DNA of 64,000 bases from Octopus sinensis (GCF_006345805.1 NC_042999.1:163742001-163806000), one strand, 5' to 3'. Positions 45,266-58,855 are shown, counted from the stretch's first letter. Made by a program: numbers and translations. Notes: generated by a model not told the origin, from the sequence alone.

Positions 45266-46265
45266 TCAGGTTATCCCATATGTTCTGTCCGAATTTTGAA
45301 TAAAGAAAACAAGTGATCAAATGTTATATTTAATTGAAATTTAATCATCAATGTACTTTCCCTCATTATCTATGACTTCCATCTATTTACAAGCTTTTGA
45401 ATCCCATCAATGTAAAACTCTTTTGGTTTCAAAGCAAAGAACTCTGAAATGTCAGTTTCGACCTCCTCCTGGCTTGCGAAAGTTATGTCCCACAAATGAT
45501 TCTGTAAATTACGAAACAAATGGTAGTCTGAAGGAACAAGGTCGGGAGAATAAGGTGGATGAGGAATATTTTCCCAAACAAGCTCTTCGATCTTCTGTGA
45601 TGTGATCTTTGCAGTGTGGGGTCGCGCATTGTCCTGATGAAATATCACTCCTTTTCGGGTCTTTTTTTCTTCAAACCTTGGTTCAAACGCTCAAATTGCT
45701 GACAATAGATTTGAGCATTGATTGTTGCATTAGGTGGTAACAATTCAAAGTGAATTTCTCCTTTGCTATTCCACCAGATAGAGAGAAAAAACTTTTTTCC
45801 ATGAAGTTCCCTTCTCGGTTGTGGTTGAGCTTTTTCCCTTTTACCAAGCCATTTTTCAGGACTAGTCACAAGTCTATCCAAGAAGGGTGAAATGAGTTCG
45901 CGAGAATGGAGAGAAGAGCAGATGTTAACTCGGGATTTGCGGTTGCTTTCGGACAATTCATGAGGCACCCATTTTCCAAGTTTAGGAACCTTTCCAAGTT
46001 GTTGAAGATGACGATGAACAGTTGTATGGTTAGAACTAAGCTTTATTGTCAATTCTTCAACTGATAATGCAGGATTTTCTTCAAGTAATACCTCAAGGAG
46101 TTTGTCATCAAACTCAACTGGACGTCCTGTTCGATCTTCATCTTCAAGGGTGAAATCTCCTCTTCTGAATTTTGCAAACCATCTTCTGCAAGTTCTTTCA
46201 TTCAAGCATTATTTCCCATAAACTGAGTGTATGTTTGGAGTCGCTTCGGCCGCAGAGTTTCCTAG
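45266..46265 (-). mobile_element. Mariner (second family, WVPHEL/YSPDL type), 5'-truncated, defective
   Basis: ERTCRRWFAKFRRGDFTLEDEDRTGRP..WVPHELSE..FLDRLVTS and HQDNARPH..HPPYSPDLVPSDYHLF. TIR TA|TCAGGTTATCCCATATGTTCTGTCCG at 45264. Confidence 0.9.
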
Positions 46266-46270
46266 ATCCC

Positions 46271-46361
<91 letters not shown>

Positions 46362-46413
46362 GTGTGTGTGTGTGTGCGTATGTGTGTGTGTGTATATGTA
46401 TGTAAGTATATTG

Positions 46414-46598
46414 TAGTGGGGTAGACCGGTTTATGGGGTTACCCTCGGTTTCTCGCTCATAAGAGGTTTAGCCTTGTGGCATATCCCCAGACTCCAAGCA
46501 CGAGGCCAACAGTGTTTGGGGGTCTGAAGATACGCCGTGATGCTAAACCTCTTATGAGCGAGAAACCCAAGGTAACACCTTAATCCGGCGTACCACAC
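46414..46598. mobile_element. Foldback MITE-like hairpin, about 185 bp
   Basis: Perfect 26-bp inverted repeat GGTTTCTCGCTCATAAGAGGTTTAGC (46447-72) / 46542-67, inside longer imperfect arms. Confidence 0.78.
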
Positions 46599-46662
46599 TT
46601 TAATATTAACTGCTCTACATCTTAGAGTGTGCTTCTCCTCCAGATTTATGTATTGCTACAAA

Positions 46663-46699
<37 letters not shown>

Positions 46700-46807
46700 T
46701 ATATATATATATATATATATAATTTTAATCCAAACGGGAAAACAAAAAACAACAACAATGGAACAATTACAGTATTATTATTAATAGGCGCTCAGGAAAT
46801 GGAAGCA

Positions 46808-46852
46808 GGAAGTTATGACGTTTCGAGCGGAGCTCTTCGTCGGAAACATAAA
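46808..46852 (-). ncRNA. Minimal variant hammerhead-like motif
   Basis: Minus strand GTTT-CCGACGA-A-GAGC(TCC)GCTC-GAAAC-GTC^ATAAC. U4C core variant, 4-bp stem II, palindromic ACGU stem III. Confidence 0.58.
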
Positions 46853-47559
46853 GAAGGAAGAGAGAGGAAAGAAAGAATCCCAAAGCGGGGCAACAGGGAT
46901 AGAGAAAAAAAAACGACTGTGTTTTACGAGTTACACATGGTGAAAGGCGGAAGTTTACGATAACAAGAGCAAAGTAGGTTTTTAAAGCCAAAGAGTGGAG
47001 ACAAGGTTGGTAACGCAACAGATGTGTGTGTATGTGTGAGTGTGTGCGTGTGCGTGTGTGTATGTGTGTGTGTGAGGCGAGATAAAAAAACAAAAAATAT
47101 ATGTATGTGTTAGTGTGTGCGTCTGTGTGTAGGCGTGTGAGGTAGGGCGAGACAGTGGTAGGCAAGCAGACAGTGGTCAGTAGTAAGAAAAAGAAGGAAA
47201 GAGGAAGGGAGGGAGGGGAAGGGGTGGGGGCGTATGTAGCGTGCCAGCGTGTGTTGAGTAGTAGTGTGTGTGTTGTCCAGTGTCGTGTAGTATTAATGGG
47301 AGTAGATTGAATGTGTGTAAGAGTAATGTATATATTTAAGCAATGTGTGTATATGTGTGCGCGTGTGTGTAACAAAAAAAGGTGGGGTTAAGGAAAAAGG
47401 ACTACAGCTGAGGGGAAAATGGAAGAGTGGTCCCGCGGAGACGGGCGTGGGAAAACCCAACGACAAGCGACGGTCCCAGGAACGAGCGGGAGGTCTCGTC
47501 GGGTCCAAGAGCGAGGTGCATGCGGCGCGTATGCGTGCGCGAACCGGCGCAAGCGCGTG

Positions 47560-49660
47560 TGTGCGCGCGCCTGCGAGTATGCGCGTAAGTATGTATGTGT
47601 GTGGATGTGTGAGTGTGTCTGTGTGTATGTCTGGGTGTCAGTGTGTCCGATGAATGTATGTGAGTATGTGTGTATATATGTGTGTGCATAGATGTATGTC
47701 CGTGTTGTGTGTGTGTATGTGTATGAGTGTGTATGTATGTACGTGTGGGTGTGGTGAAGTGTGTGTATGTGCATGTGTGTGCGCGTACATACAGGTGTGT
47801 GAGTGTGTTGTGTGTGTGTATGTATGTGTGAGTGTGTATGTATGTGTGTGTAGGATGCATGTATGTGTATGGGTGTATGTATGTGTGTGTGTATGTATGT
47901 ATGTGTACGTGCGTGTGTGTGTGTATGCGTGTAGGTGTGCGCGTGTGCATGCATGCATGCATGTGCGTATGTGTGTGTGTGTGCATGTGTGTGGGTATAT
48001 ATGTATGTGCGTATATGTGTGTGTATGTGCGTACATGTGTTGTGTGTGTATGCATGTGTGTATGTAGGTGTGTAGGCGTGTGTGTATAGGTGTATGTATG
48101 TAATGTATGGGTGTGTCCGTGTATGTGTGTGTATGTATGTGTGTATGTAGGTGTGTGGGCGTGTGTATATGTGTGTGTATGTAGGTGTGTGGGCGTGTGT
48201 ATATAGGTTGTATGTATGTATGTCTGGGTGTGTCCGTGCATGTTGTGTGTGTGTGTATGCATGTGTATGTAGGTGTGTGTGTACGTGTGTAATGTTGTGT
48301 GTATGCGGGTGTGTGTGTGCGTGTGTATGCGTGCGTGTGTGTATGTAGGTGCGTGTGTATGTGTGTGGGAGTGTAGGTGTGTGTGTGCGTGTGCGTGTTT
48401 ATGTTGGTGTGTGCGTATGTGAGTGTGAGTGTATGGGTGTTTGTCATGCATGTGTGTGCGCGTGCAGGTGAGTTGTGTGTGTGGTATGTTTGTGTGAGTG
48501 TGTATGTGTGTATGTCTGTGTGTATGTATGTGCGTATAGGAGTATGTAGGTATGTGTGTGTGTATGGTATGGGTGTATGTATGTATGTGTGTGTGTGTGC
48601 ATGTGTATAAGTATATGTGTGTGTGCGTATGTGTGTGTATGTGTATGTGTGTGTGTTTATGTATTGTGGTATGTATGTGTGTGGGGGGGGGTGTGTGTAG
48701 ATGTATGTATGTATGGGTGTGTGTCTGTGTGTGTTTGTGTGTGTGTGTAGGTAGGTGTGTGTGTCTGAGTGAGGGTATGGCTGTGTAGGTGTGTGTGTGT
48801 ATGAATGTAAGTGTGTGTGTACAAGTGTAATGTATGTATGTAGGTGTGTGTGTGTGTGTATGTGTACGTGTGCGTGTGTATGTGTGTGTGTGTATGCGTG
48901 TGAGTGTGAGTGTATGGGTGTATGTCTGTGTGTGTGTATGTCTGAAGTAGGTATGTGTGTGTATGTATGTATGTGTGTGTGTGTGCGGGTATGTGTGTGT
49001 GTGTATGTGTGTGTGTGAGTAGGTGTGCGTGTATGTATGTGGGTAGGGATGCATGCGAGTGTGTGGGTATGTATGCATACATACGCACGCGCACATCCGA
49101 AGCAAGCCCACACACACGAAGCGCGCTCACGCACACAACGCACAAGCAGTACAACGCAAGCCCAAGGGGCCGAACAAGCCCCCAGCGCGCGCCAAGGCGC
49201 GCGAGCGCAAAGGCCCTCGAACGCCCCGCTACGCGGGAACCGAGGATCCATCAGCCAAAACCGGAAAGCAGAAAAGAGGGGGGGCTGCCTGGATGCAAAA
49301 AGGTGTATGTGTGTGTGCATTCAGTGTAAGGGTGTGCATGTGTGGGTATGTACGTATGTGTGTGCCTACATGTATGTGTGCATGTGTGTGTGTGTGAAGT
49401 ATGTACGTGCGGTGTGTGTGTGTGAGTGTGTGTGTATGTATGTGCGTATGTATGTGTGTATGTATGTGTGTATGTATGTCTGTGTGTGTGTGTGTGTGTG
49501 TAAGTATGTATGTGTGTGTGTATGTATGTATGTGTGTGTGTATGTGCATGTTGGTTTGTACGTTAGTGTGTGCATGTATGTCTATAAGTGTGTGTGATTA
49601 AATGTGTGAATGTATGTACGTAGATGGGTCTACGTATGTGTGTGTGTGAACAGGCGTGTG
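47560..49660. repeat. Degenerate (TG)n/(TGTA)n low-complexity tract with a GC-rich island at 49085-49300
   Basis: Direct reading of the sequence. Confidence 0.93.
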
Positions 49661-49739
49661 GGAGGTAGGTGGGTGGGTGTGTGTGGGTGGTGTATCCGGG
49701 GAAAAAAAAAAAAGCGGATCTCAAGAGGAGGGGGCTGTG

Positions 49740-50386
49740 TTAAGTCCGTGTGGGGTGGTAGTTTGTAGGGTGAAGATGTAGCGTTGCTCCAAGTGGAGCC
49801 TGGAAAGTGGGCGACCATTGTGGGGGCGAGACCAAACACTGAGATGTCATCTAGGGAATGGCCGGCCGAGCGGAAGTGGCGTGCGACGGGAGAAAAAGAG
49901 TGTAGGCGAACGTCCCTCAAGTGTTCAGTGAAACGGTCGGACAACCGGCGTCCCGTCTGTCCTACATACAGCATCCCGCATAGGTTGCATTTAATGCAGT
50001 AAATAAGGCCATACGAGGTGCACGTAAAAGAGTGCCTAATGCGTACAGTATGCTGGTTGGAGCCGGTGACAGCGGTGGTGTTGGTGATGAAGGGCAAGTG
50101 TTGCAGCGGGATCTAGAGCAAGGGAAAGATCCGTGTGGGGCTGAGGGGGAAGGAGAGAGGGTGCTGTGGACCAGGAGGTCACGCAGATTGCGGGCTCGTT
50201 TGAAAGAGGACAGGGGTGGGTTAGGGAAAATGGGGCGGGTGGTGGGATCAAGCTGGAGGCGACGGAAGGCACGTAGTATCTTGCGACGAAGGGGTAGGGT
50301 AGAGGGGTGGAAAAGGAGGGGGAAGGGGTGCGGTTGGGGGGTGGGCGGGGGGAAGGAGACAGGGCGGTAGTGCGGTCGATGCGACG
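49740..50386 (-). pseudogene. PLE linker, Cys motif and GIY-YIG endonuclease fragment
   Basis: QLDPTTRPIFPNPPLSSFKRARNLRDLLVHSTL..CSRSRCNTCPFITNT..IRHSFTCTSYGLIYCIKCNLCGMLYVGQTGRRLSDRFTEHLRDV..PVARHF, with frameshifts. Confidence 0.88.
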
Positions 50387-50459
50387 ATATATATATATAT
50401 ATATATTTCGCTTTTGTATTTGGTTTTCAAGATTCTTTATGTGAATTCGCGTGTTGAAG

Positions 50460-50717
50460 CATATTTTATTGTGTCTGGGGAGAGTCATTCTCTTTTAGTG
50501 CCGTATTAATTTAACATACACTCCGGTCGGATTTGCACTCATTTACTTTGCGTCTTGCAACATTTTCAATAGACGTTGACCCTCAACGACTATTGAATAA
50601 GGTTGCAAGACGCAAACAAATTTTATTACATGAATTAGTAAATGAGTAGAAGTCGACGGTGAGGTGTACAGTAATAATGCACTAAAGAATTACTCTCCCC
50701 AGGCACAGTAATATATG
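50460..50717. mobile_element. Foldback MITE-like element, about 258 bp
   Basis: Ends CATATTTTATTGTGTCTGGGGAGAGT / ACTCTCCCCAGGCACAGTAATATATG. The central near-palindrome is at 50547-50616 (TTTGCGTCTTGCAAC...GTTGCAAGACGCAAA). Confidence 0.8.
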
Positions 50718-50719
50718 AT

Positions 50720-50731
50720 ACATAACATATA

Positions 50732-50762
<31 letters not shown>

Positions 50763-51218
50763 GAATATATATTATATATATATATATGATATATATATAT
50801 ATATATATATAATATATATAATATATATATATATTATTATATATGTATATATATATATTTATATATATATATATTATATATCTATATTATATAATATTAT
50901 ATATATTTATTATATATATATATCTATATGTATATATATATGTTATATATATGTATATATATATTTATATATATATATATGTATATATATGTATCTATAC
51001 ATATATGTATATATTGTATATATCGGTAATACGAAGCAAGGAGTAATGTCGGTAAAAAGTCTCATATGGAGCATTTTCCTTAGTTTTATATCTGACCTCT
51101 ACCTCTCTCCTTTTACATAATATTTATATATATATACGCATATACACACATATAAATATATACATAAACACATATATACGTAGATATATATGCCTCTACG
51201 TGTATACATACGTCTCCT

Positions 51219-51251
<33 letters not shown>

Positions 51252-51663
51252 TTATATATACATACACCCACTCATACACATGCATGCAGATATAAATACA
51301 AGCATACATTCATTCATATACACAAATATACACATCTGCCACGTACACTCCTACACATCGACACCTACACAATAGCACGTGTTAAAGTCTTGATTAAATT
51401 CATGTTAGGTTTGACAAATATACATATATATATATGTGACTATACACATAAATTTATGTATATATGCATGCATGCAAGCATGTGTGCGTGTGTGTGTATC
51501 TGTATGTGTATATGTATTTATATATATATATGTATATATTTATGTGTATATATATAATATATATATATATATATATGTATGTATATGTTAATTATATGTA
51601 TTATATATTGTATATATATATCTATATCTATATCTATATATATGTATATATAATATATATATG

Positions 51664-51697
<34 letters not shown>

Positions 51698-51737
51698 TAA
51701 TATAGTATATATATATATATCTATATATATAATATAT

Positions 51738-51803
<66 letters not shown>

Positions 51804-52000
51804 CAACACATTTGATATGAACACTTAAGGTGGTTTTTAGTCAGGAATTCGACTGCTATTTCGGCATGGTGGTGTCTCTCAGACACCCTTATTTATAGTT
51901 ATATATACATGCAGGCATGCATACATACATACATACATACATACATACATACATACATACATACATTCACATATACTTACATATATTCAGATCTATGTAT
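50720..52000. repeat. AT-rich compound microsatellite region
   Basis: Long degenerate (TA)n, (TG)n and (CATA)n tracts. Confidence 0.92.
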
Positions 52001-52189
52001 GTACGTTCGCGCACACATACACATATTTATCTGCCTATCTTTCTGTCTGTTAATTTATCGTTGCAAGTTGAATTATTATCGGGAATAAGAAACTCTGGTT
52101 AGCGATTTGCAAAGTTTCAGCTTCCAAGAAAAACATGACAGTCTAATTTCAGTATTAAGGTTTCGCATTCTTACTTTTCGAAACTGAAG

Positions 52190-52193
52190 TGTT

Positions 52194-52261
<68 letters not shown>

Positions 52262-52278
52262 CCTACCTACCTACCTAC

Positions 52279-52355
<77 letters not shown>

Positions 52356-52445
52356 CATCTGTCTATCTGTCCGTCTATATATGAGAGAGATTGAGAGTGA
52401 GAGAGAGAGAGAGATAGAGAGAGAAAGAGAGGAAGGGAGAGAGTT
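52190..52445. repeat. (TATC)n/(TACC)n and (GA)n microsatellites
   Basis: Direct reading of the sequence. Confidence 0.95.
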
Positions 52446-52551
52446 CAGCTGCTTGTTGCGTTTATAAGCTAGTATATGCTTACCGTTACGCAAACCTCTA
52501 TATTTAATCTATCTGCATCTATCTACCTTTCTTTATGCTTGTCTAAACAGA

Positions 52552-52597
<46 letters not shown>

Positions 52598-55016
52598 TAT
52601 ATATGATATTTGTGAGTATGTGTATTATGTAAGTGTATGCATCTTCCCACCTTTGTCTGTGCTTCTCTTTTCTCTGTCTCAATCTTGCCCTCCTGTACTT
52701 CCTGACTCTCTCTGTTTCTCCATCCTCTGTCTCTCTATGTGTGTGTTAGTGCGTGTTAGTGTGTGTGTGTTTGTGTGCATCTGAGTATTTGTGTACCTGT
52801 GTGCGTGTGTTTACACAGATACACACATAGGTATACACGCACACACATGGACACACATACACAGGTACAAACACACATACAAAAGTTTGAGTTATTCTTT
52901 GTCCCTCTTTCTATTACATCGGTTTCATCCCTATAATATCTTCATTGCCACTTGCTAGTGTTAGTTCTAACTCCAATAACCTATTAGTACTGCTAGTTAT
53001 TCTGTAGAAGTACCAACAAGCGCCAATGCCGTCTCCATTGCGGCAGTGAGTGGATGAATTCACTACTACTACTATTACTACTACTGCTGCTTCCATTGGC
53101 GCTGCTGCCTTTGCTGCTGCTGCTCTCTCAATTCCAACTCAAAACGTTGCTTTAATTGTCAGCGCTGCTACCACGTTCCCTGGATAAACTCATACAGATG
53201 TTTTGGTACTAACTAACAGCGATCCTTCAAGGTAAAATGATGTTTTCTATGATTTTCTCGCCCTTTTCCTTTCTTTAAACATCGTCTGCTTGGTTTTATA
53301 ACGCCACTCAACTCTAAAATAATCATCGGATTAGACGAAAAGTGTTGACAAAAAAAAAATCTTTCTATTTTATTTTATTGGTATGAAAAAAGAAATGGGA
53401 GAAAAAAAATAAAAGAAAGAAGAGTATAAAAGATATTACTTTTAATACGTGAATTTAATGTCGTTGATATCTTTTAAAAATAAACGAACAAACATCAGGT
53501 AATTCGTTTTGTGATGTTAAATCTGTCATTGCACAACATATCCGTATTTACGAATGCTGTTTTTCCATGCAGTCAAATACGCCCTTGCACAAACGCCAGC
53601 GCTCATGTAAGCATGCATTCGCGTGTCGGTTCACATATGTATGCATGCATGCATGCATGCGTGCGTGTGCTGTGTTTGCTAGCTGCAGGAGTCACGCGCC
53701 TTTTCTAGTTGAAAATGTGCACCGATATGCACACCTAACAAAAACATCTCCTCTTTGTGCTTTCACTTCTTCCCATTGTTCTTACCAATTCCATTCTAGT
53801 TTGTACTGGGGTTTACCTTCCAGTATCTCGCTTGCGAAATACCCCCTCCACCACACACACACATGCACACACACACACAAGTGCTATTATTATTCCCAAA
53901 AGGTATTATCATCTGGTCTTTGTCAAACATCAGTCATTGTAAAGGTGCGATTTGTATGCACACCTGGCATGCTCGCTGACTGCACGCACCGAGACAGACG
54001 TGTAAACAAATGCAACCACAGACACGACACATAAGCAATGTCAACGATAAAATTTTTTTGGTGTCATCTTTTATGATTATTGTGAACGATTGCTTTATTT
54101 GTCTTTCTATCTCAGGTGTCACTTAGTTGTGGCAAAGCACATGCATTACTCATAATAAACGGCGAAATATCAGACAATAAATCGAGGGAAGATCACTGCA
54201 GGATGCAGACGTGAAGTTGTTAAGGATGTGATGTACCGTTATATTTTTGTCGTGTCAGTAGTTTGTCAGAGTCTTTGAATTACAGAGATTACCATTCCGC
54301 TGCTTCTTTGTGTATAAATAAGGCAACCTGTCTGAGCGTCTTAGTGTTTACTCCTATGTGCGTGCGTGCGTGCGTGCTTGCATGCGTGCATGTGTATGTG
54401 TGCGTGCGTTTATGTATATTGTGTGTGCGTATACATACATAATACGTACTAACCTGCATACATGCACACACATATGTATGTATCCATGCTTACACACACA
54501 TGTAATGTGCATGCATTCATACTTACATCATGCATGTATATGTATAACATATATGCATGTGCATTTTAATGTGTGTGCATGTATATATATATATATATAT
54601 GTGTGTGTTGTGTGTGTATGTATATAAATATACATATTATACATGCACACATACACACACTGACATACGTGCACACACACATACACATACATACATTCAC
54701 ACACATACACACACAATGACACACATGTATATGCACATATATAATGCATCGGTGTTCTGTGTGCATATGTAATAAAGCGCGCGTTGTCTGACGAAAATCA
54801 GTGATTCCGCCTCGTAAATACCAATATTAGCCCAGCAAAAACTTTCGTAGCTTGTGATAAGACCCTAGCATGGCTGGAAAAAATTCCGGATCAATTAAAC
54901 GGTGACGTAGCTATCTTGCTACCTGTATACTTACCTGTTTACTTACTTACCTACCTACCTACCTACCTACATACCTACTTACTAAACAAAAACTGTCCAT
55001 TCATCCATCCATCCAT

Positions 55017-55116
55017 GTGTCCATCCGTCCGTCCGTCTGTCCGTCCATCCGTCAGTTGACTGTCCCTCCGTCCGTCTGCCTATCTGACTGTCCGTCTGTC
55101 CGTCCGTCCGTCCGCC

Positions 55117-55186
<70 letters not shown>

Positions 55187-55238
55187 CGTATCTGTCTATC
55201 TGTCTGTCTATCTATCTGTCTATCTGTCTGTCTATCTA

Positions 55239-55290
<52 letters not shown>

Positions 55291-55338
55291 CGTATCTGTC
55301 TATCTGTCTGTCTGTCTATCTATCTACGTATCTGTCTA

Positions 55339-55398
<60 letters not shown>

Positions 55399-55450
55399 CG
55401 TATCTGTCTATCTGTCTGTCTATCTATCTGTCTATCTGTCTGTCTATCTA

Positions 55451-55502
<52 letters not shown>

Positions 55503-55514
55503 CGTATCTGTCTA

Positions 55515-55566
<52 letters not shown>

Positions 55567-55618
55567 CGTATCTGTCTATCTGTCTGTCTATCTATCTGTC
55601 TATCTGTCTGTCTATCTA

Positions 55619-55678
<60 letters not shown>

Positions 55679-55690
55679 CGTATCTGTCTA

Positions 55691-55777
<87 letters not shown>

Positions 55778-55810
55778 GTCTGTCTGTCTATCTATCTATC
55801 TACCTATCTA
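55017..55810. repeat. (TCCG)/(TCTG)/(TCTA)n compound tetranucleotide array with recurrent variant blocks
   Basis: CTACGTATCTGTCTATCTG recurs at 55184, 55288, 55324, 55396, 55500, 55564 and 55676. Confidence 0.95.
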
Positions 55811-57226
55811 AAATATCGATCGTACGCCTCTTTCCCACGTCTGTTTTGTGTCTGCAAACGAATACACGCCACGCACTAACACACACACATAGCAGGCACC
55901 AATACACTTACACAGCGACACGTAAAACGCGATAAAATGTTGAAGAAATTCAGAAAGTAAGGTAGAGACGTGCGAGAGGGGAGAGAGTGGGGAAGTGCGG
56001 AACACATATATACGCACATACAGAAAAAAAGATGTATTTATTTACTTAAGAGCGAATTACCAAATACACATATGTAAATATATACAGCAAAACATATATA
56101 TGTTGTGTGTATGTGGTTGTGTGCGAATGTGGCTGTTTGTGCATGCGTGTGCGCGTCTGTGTATGTGTGTGCGTGTGTGTATATGTGTGTGTGAATCTCA
56201 CAAGGTACATTTTAAAATGTAATCTGTTCGAGGCATTTATTTACCGAGAGCTCTCGATAACTAATTAGAACCAGTTTGAGATTATGACCAAAGCCTATGT
56301 GATGCATAAGCAGAAAAAGAAATCAAATCTCTGATGTAACCGTTTTAATAAAATATATGGAAATTCGTCTTATCTTCCGGGATAATCTAGTTACTTCTGC
56401 AACTATTTCTTCAGCCCCTGTAACAAGGGATAGGCTCCTAGGAAGCCTTACTATAAACAGCAGTCGGCCACGAGGGACTGGAATATACAAGAAGAAAGAA
56501 ACGAGCATATTTATATACAACTCAATAAATTCTGCCTTACTGAAGTAGTAAAAATACCTCAAGTATATCCAAAATTCATGGGGGTTTACTGCGGTACGAA
56601 ACAAAGTATCTAGGAGCAATTTTTGTGGCAACTAAACACAAATGAATTTCACAATATATGTAGCAGTCAAGCCCATACATATTCACATTCACACATACAC
56701 ATTCGCACAAACAGATACGCGCCTATATACAACAATTTATGTACTGATGTGCAAACAAAAACAATTATAAAGGGCTCAGACCTTGAGGCTGTATATATAA
56801 TTCGCCCGATGAGGCTGTGACAAATAGCAGTTTTTGTATTGTCGTTTCAACCTGACTTAAATCATTACTTATAATTCATTTCATTTCACAGACACAACAC
56901 ACCAACATATATACACACACATACATATGCAGAGAGAAAGGGAGAAAGGGAGAAAGGGAGAGAGAGGAGAGAAGAGGAGGAGAGAGAAACAATGGGGTAC
57001 ACAGTATATAGGAAAAAGGATCTTTATCGTTGACAGTGTCTGTATCTGCGTATATATACTGAATCTGCTTCATGTGTGTATATATAAATGTATATGTATG
57101 TATGTATGCATGTATGTATGTATGTATGTATGTATGTTTGTAGTATGTATGTATGTATGTATGTGTGTATGTATGTTTGTAGTATGTATGTATGCATGTA
57201 TGTATGTATGTATGTATGTATGTATG

Positions 57227-57270
<44 letters not shown>

Positions 57271-57535
57271 AAAATATATATATATATATGTATATGTATA
57301 CACATACATACATGTACATACACACACACACATAGGGTGATAGAAGGGTGTGTGTATATTCGAGGTTAACTTTAACTCACTCTGCAAAACAATGGGAATC
57401 TGTTACATTTTTATTTGATTCGTATCCAATGAAGAGTGATTTTAACATACACCGTACATATGCAGTAAACACACACTGTACACTTTTTCACACTTTTACA
57501 TGCACACACACACATACACACGCAAACACACACAC

Positions 57536-57568
<33 letters not shown>

Positions 57569-58059
57569 CTACATATAACTCAAGGTATTTTATACACAAA
57601 GAAGCACATTTCTCTATATGGGAAATCGCGACCGCCTTTCTTCCATGCTCCTTGTACGGGGCATTCATGTAAGAAATGTTTAGCATTCCCATGAAAGGAC
57701 CACGTGGGAGACTCTTCGTTGTCCTCCAGCGGTTAGAAATCGCATTCAAATGTTACCCCACGTTACACCTTGCGTCTAAAATAGGATTAGAACACAGTAT
57801 ATTATGCAGTTCCAGATTGTGTATTCTTAGAATATATCTGAAAGAGAGGAAGGTCACGAGTGTGACGTCTTTGACAATAGTATTCTGGTTCAAAATTGGT
57901 CTAGGACTAATCAATAACAATAACAACAACAATAATAAAAGCGACATCATCTTCAGCAACATCAGCAATAACAGAATGTTACAATGTCTCAAGGGGTTAA
58001 AAATCGTTGCTGTTCTCATGTAACCATATCTAACCAGGACTTACTAAGTATTTGTGTGT

Positions 58060-58108
<49 letters not shown>

Positions 58109-58323
58109 TGTGTGTGTACATATATACATATATATATGCATGCATACACATATATGTATATATATATTATATATATGTATATATATGTATATATATGTGT
58201 GTGTGTGGTGTGTGTGTGTGTATATATTTTTATTCTTCTACTTGTTTCAGTCATTTGAATGAGGCCATGCAGATAAAGACAATTAGGCTTGACACATACG
58301 CACGTACATACACACACACACAT

Positions 58324-58364
<41 letters not shown>

Positions 58365-58397
58365 TACATACATACATACGTACACAGACAGACACAT

Positions 58398-58578
58398 GCG
58401 CGCAGGCGGGTGTGTGTGGTAAGACGCTTGCTTCCCAACCACATGGTTCTGGGTTCAGTCCTACGGCGTGACACCTTGGGCAAGCGTCTACTATAGTCTT
58501 GAGCCGACCAAAGCCTTGTGAGTGGATTTGGTAGGCGGGAATTGAAAGAAGCCCATCACACACGCACACACACACGCA

Positions 58579-58623
<45 letters not shown>

Positions 58624-58855
58624 TCATGTGTGTGAGTTTTTGTGTCTGTGTTTGTCACCCCACCATTGCTTGACAACCGATGTTGGTATGTTAACGTCCC
58701 CGTAACTTAGCGGTTCGGCAAAAGAAACCGATAGAATAAGTACTAGAATTACAAAGAATAAGTCCTGGGGTTGATTTCTTCGACTAAGACTCTTCAAGGC
58801 AGTGCTTCAGCATGGCCGCAGTCAAATGACTGCAACAAGTAAAAGAATAAAGGAA
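58398..58855 (+). mobile_element. SINE family A, full length
   Basis: GCGCAGGCGGGTGTGTGTGGTAAG, GGGTTCAGTCC, internal (CA)n, tail CAGCATGGCCGCAGTCAAATGACTGCAACAAGTAAAAG. Confidence 0.87.

Larger units (their letters stand above)
46721..50386 (-). mobile_element. 5'-truncated Penelope-like (Neptune-like) element with a microsatellite-expanded 3' region
   Basis: Linker and GIY-YIG coding sequence at 49740-50386, then about 2.7 kb of low-complexity sequence, then a terminal segment with a hammerhead-like motif at 46817-46843. (TA)n on both flanks. That both ends belong to one insertion is an inference. Confidence 0.7.

Noticed and set aside
47402-49320. 571-aa and 560-aa His/Thr-rich ORFs
   Set aside because: They are translations of the degenerate (CA)n/(CATA)n tract, with no domain content or splice context.
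52920-53200. Ala/Thr/Ser-rich possible exon
   Set aside because: Trinucleotide low-complexity sequence with stops in every extended frame.
55017-55811. 264-aa [11 protein letters not shown]
   Set aside because: Tetranucleotide array artefact.
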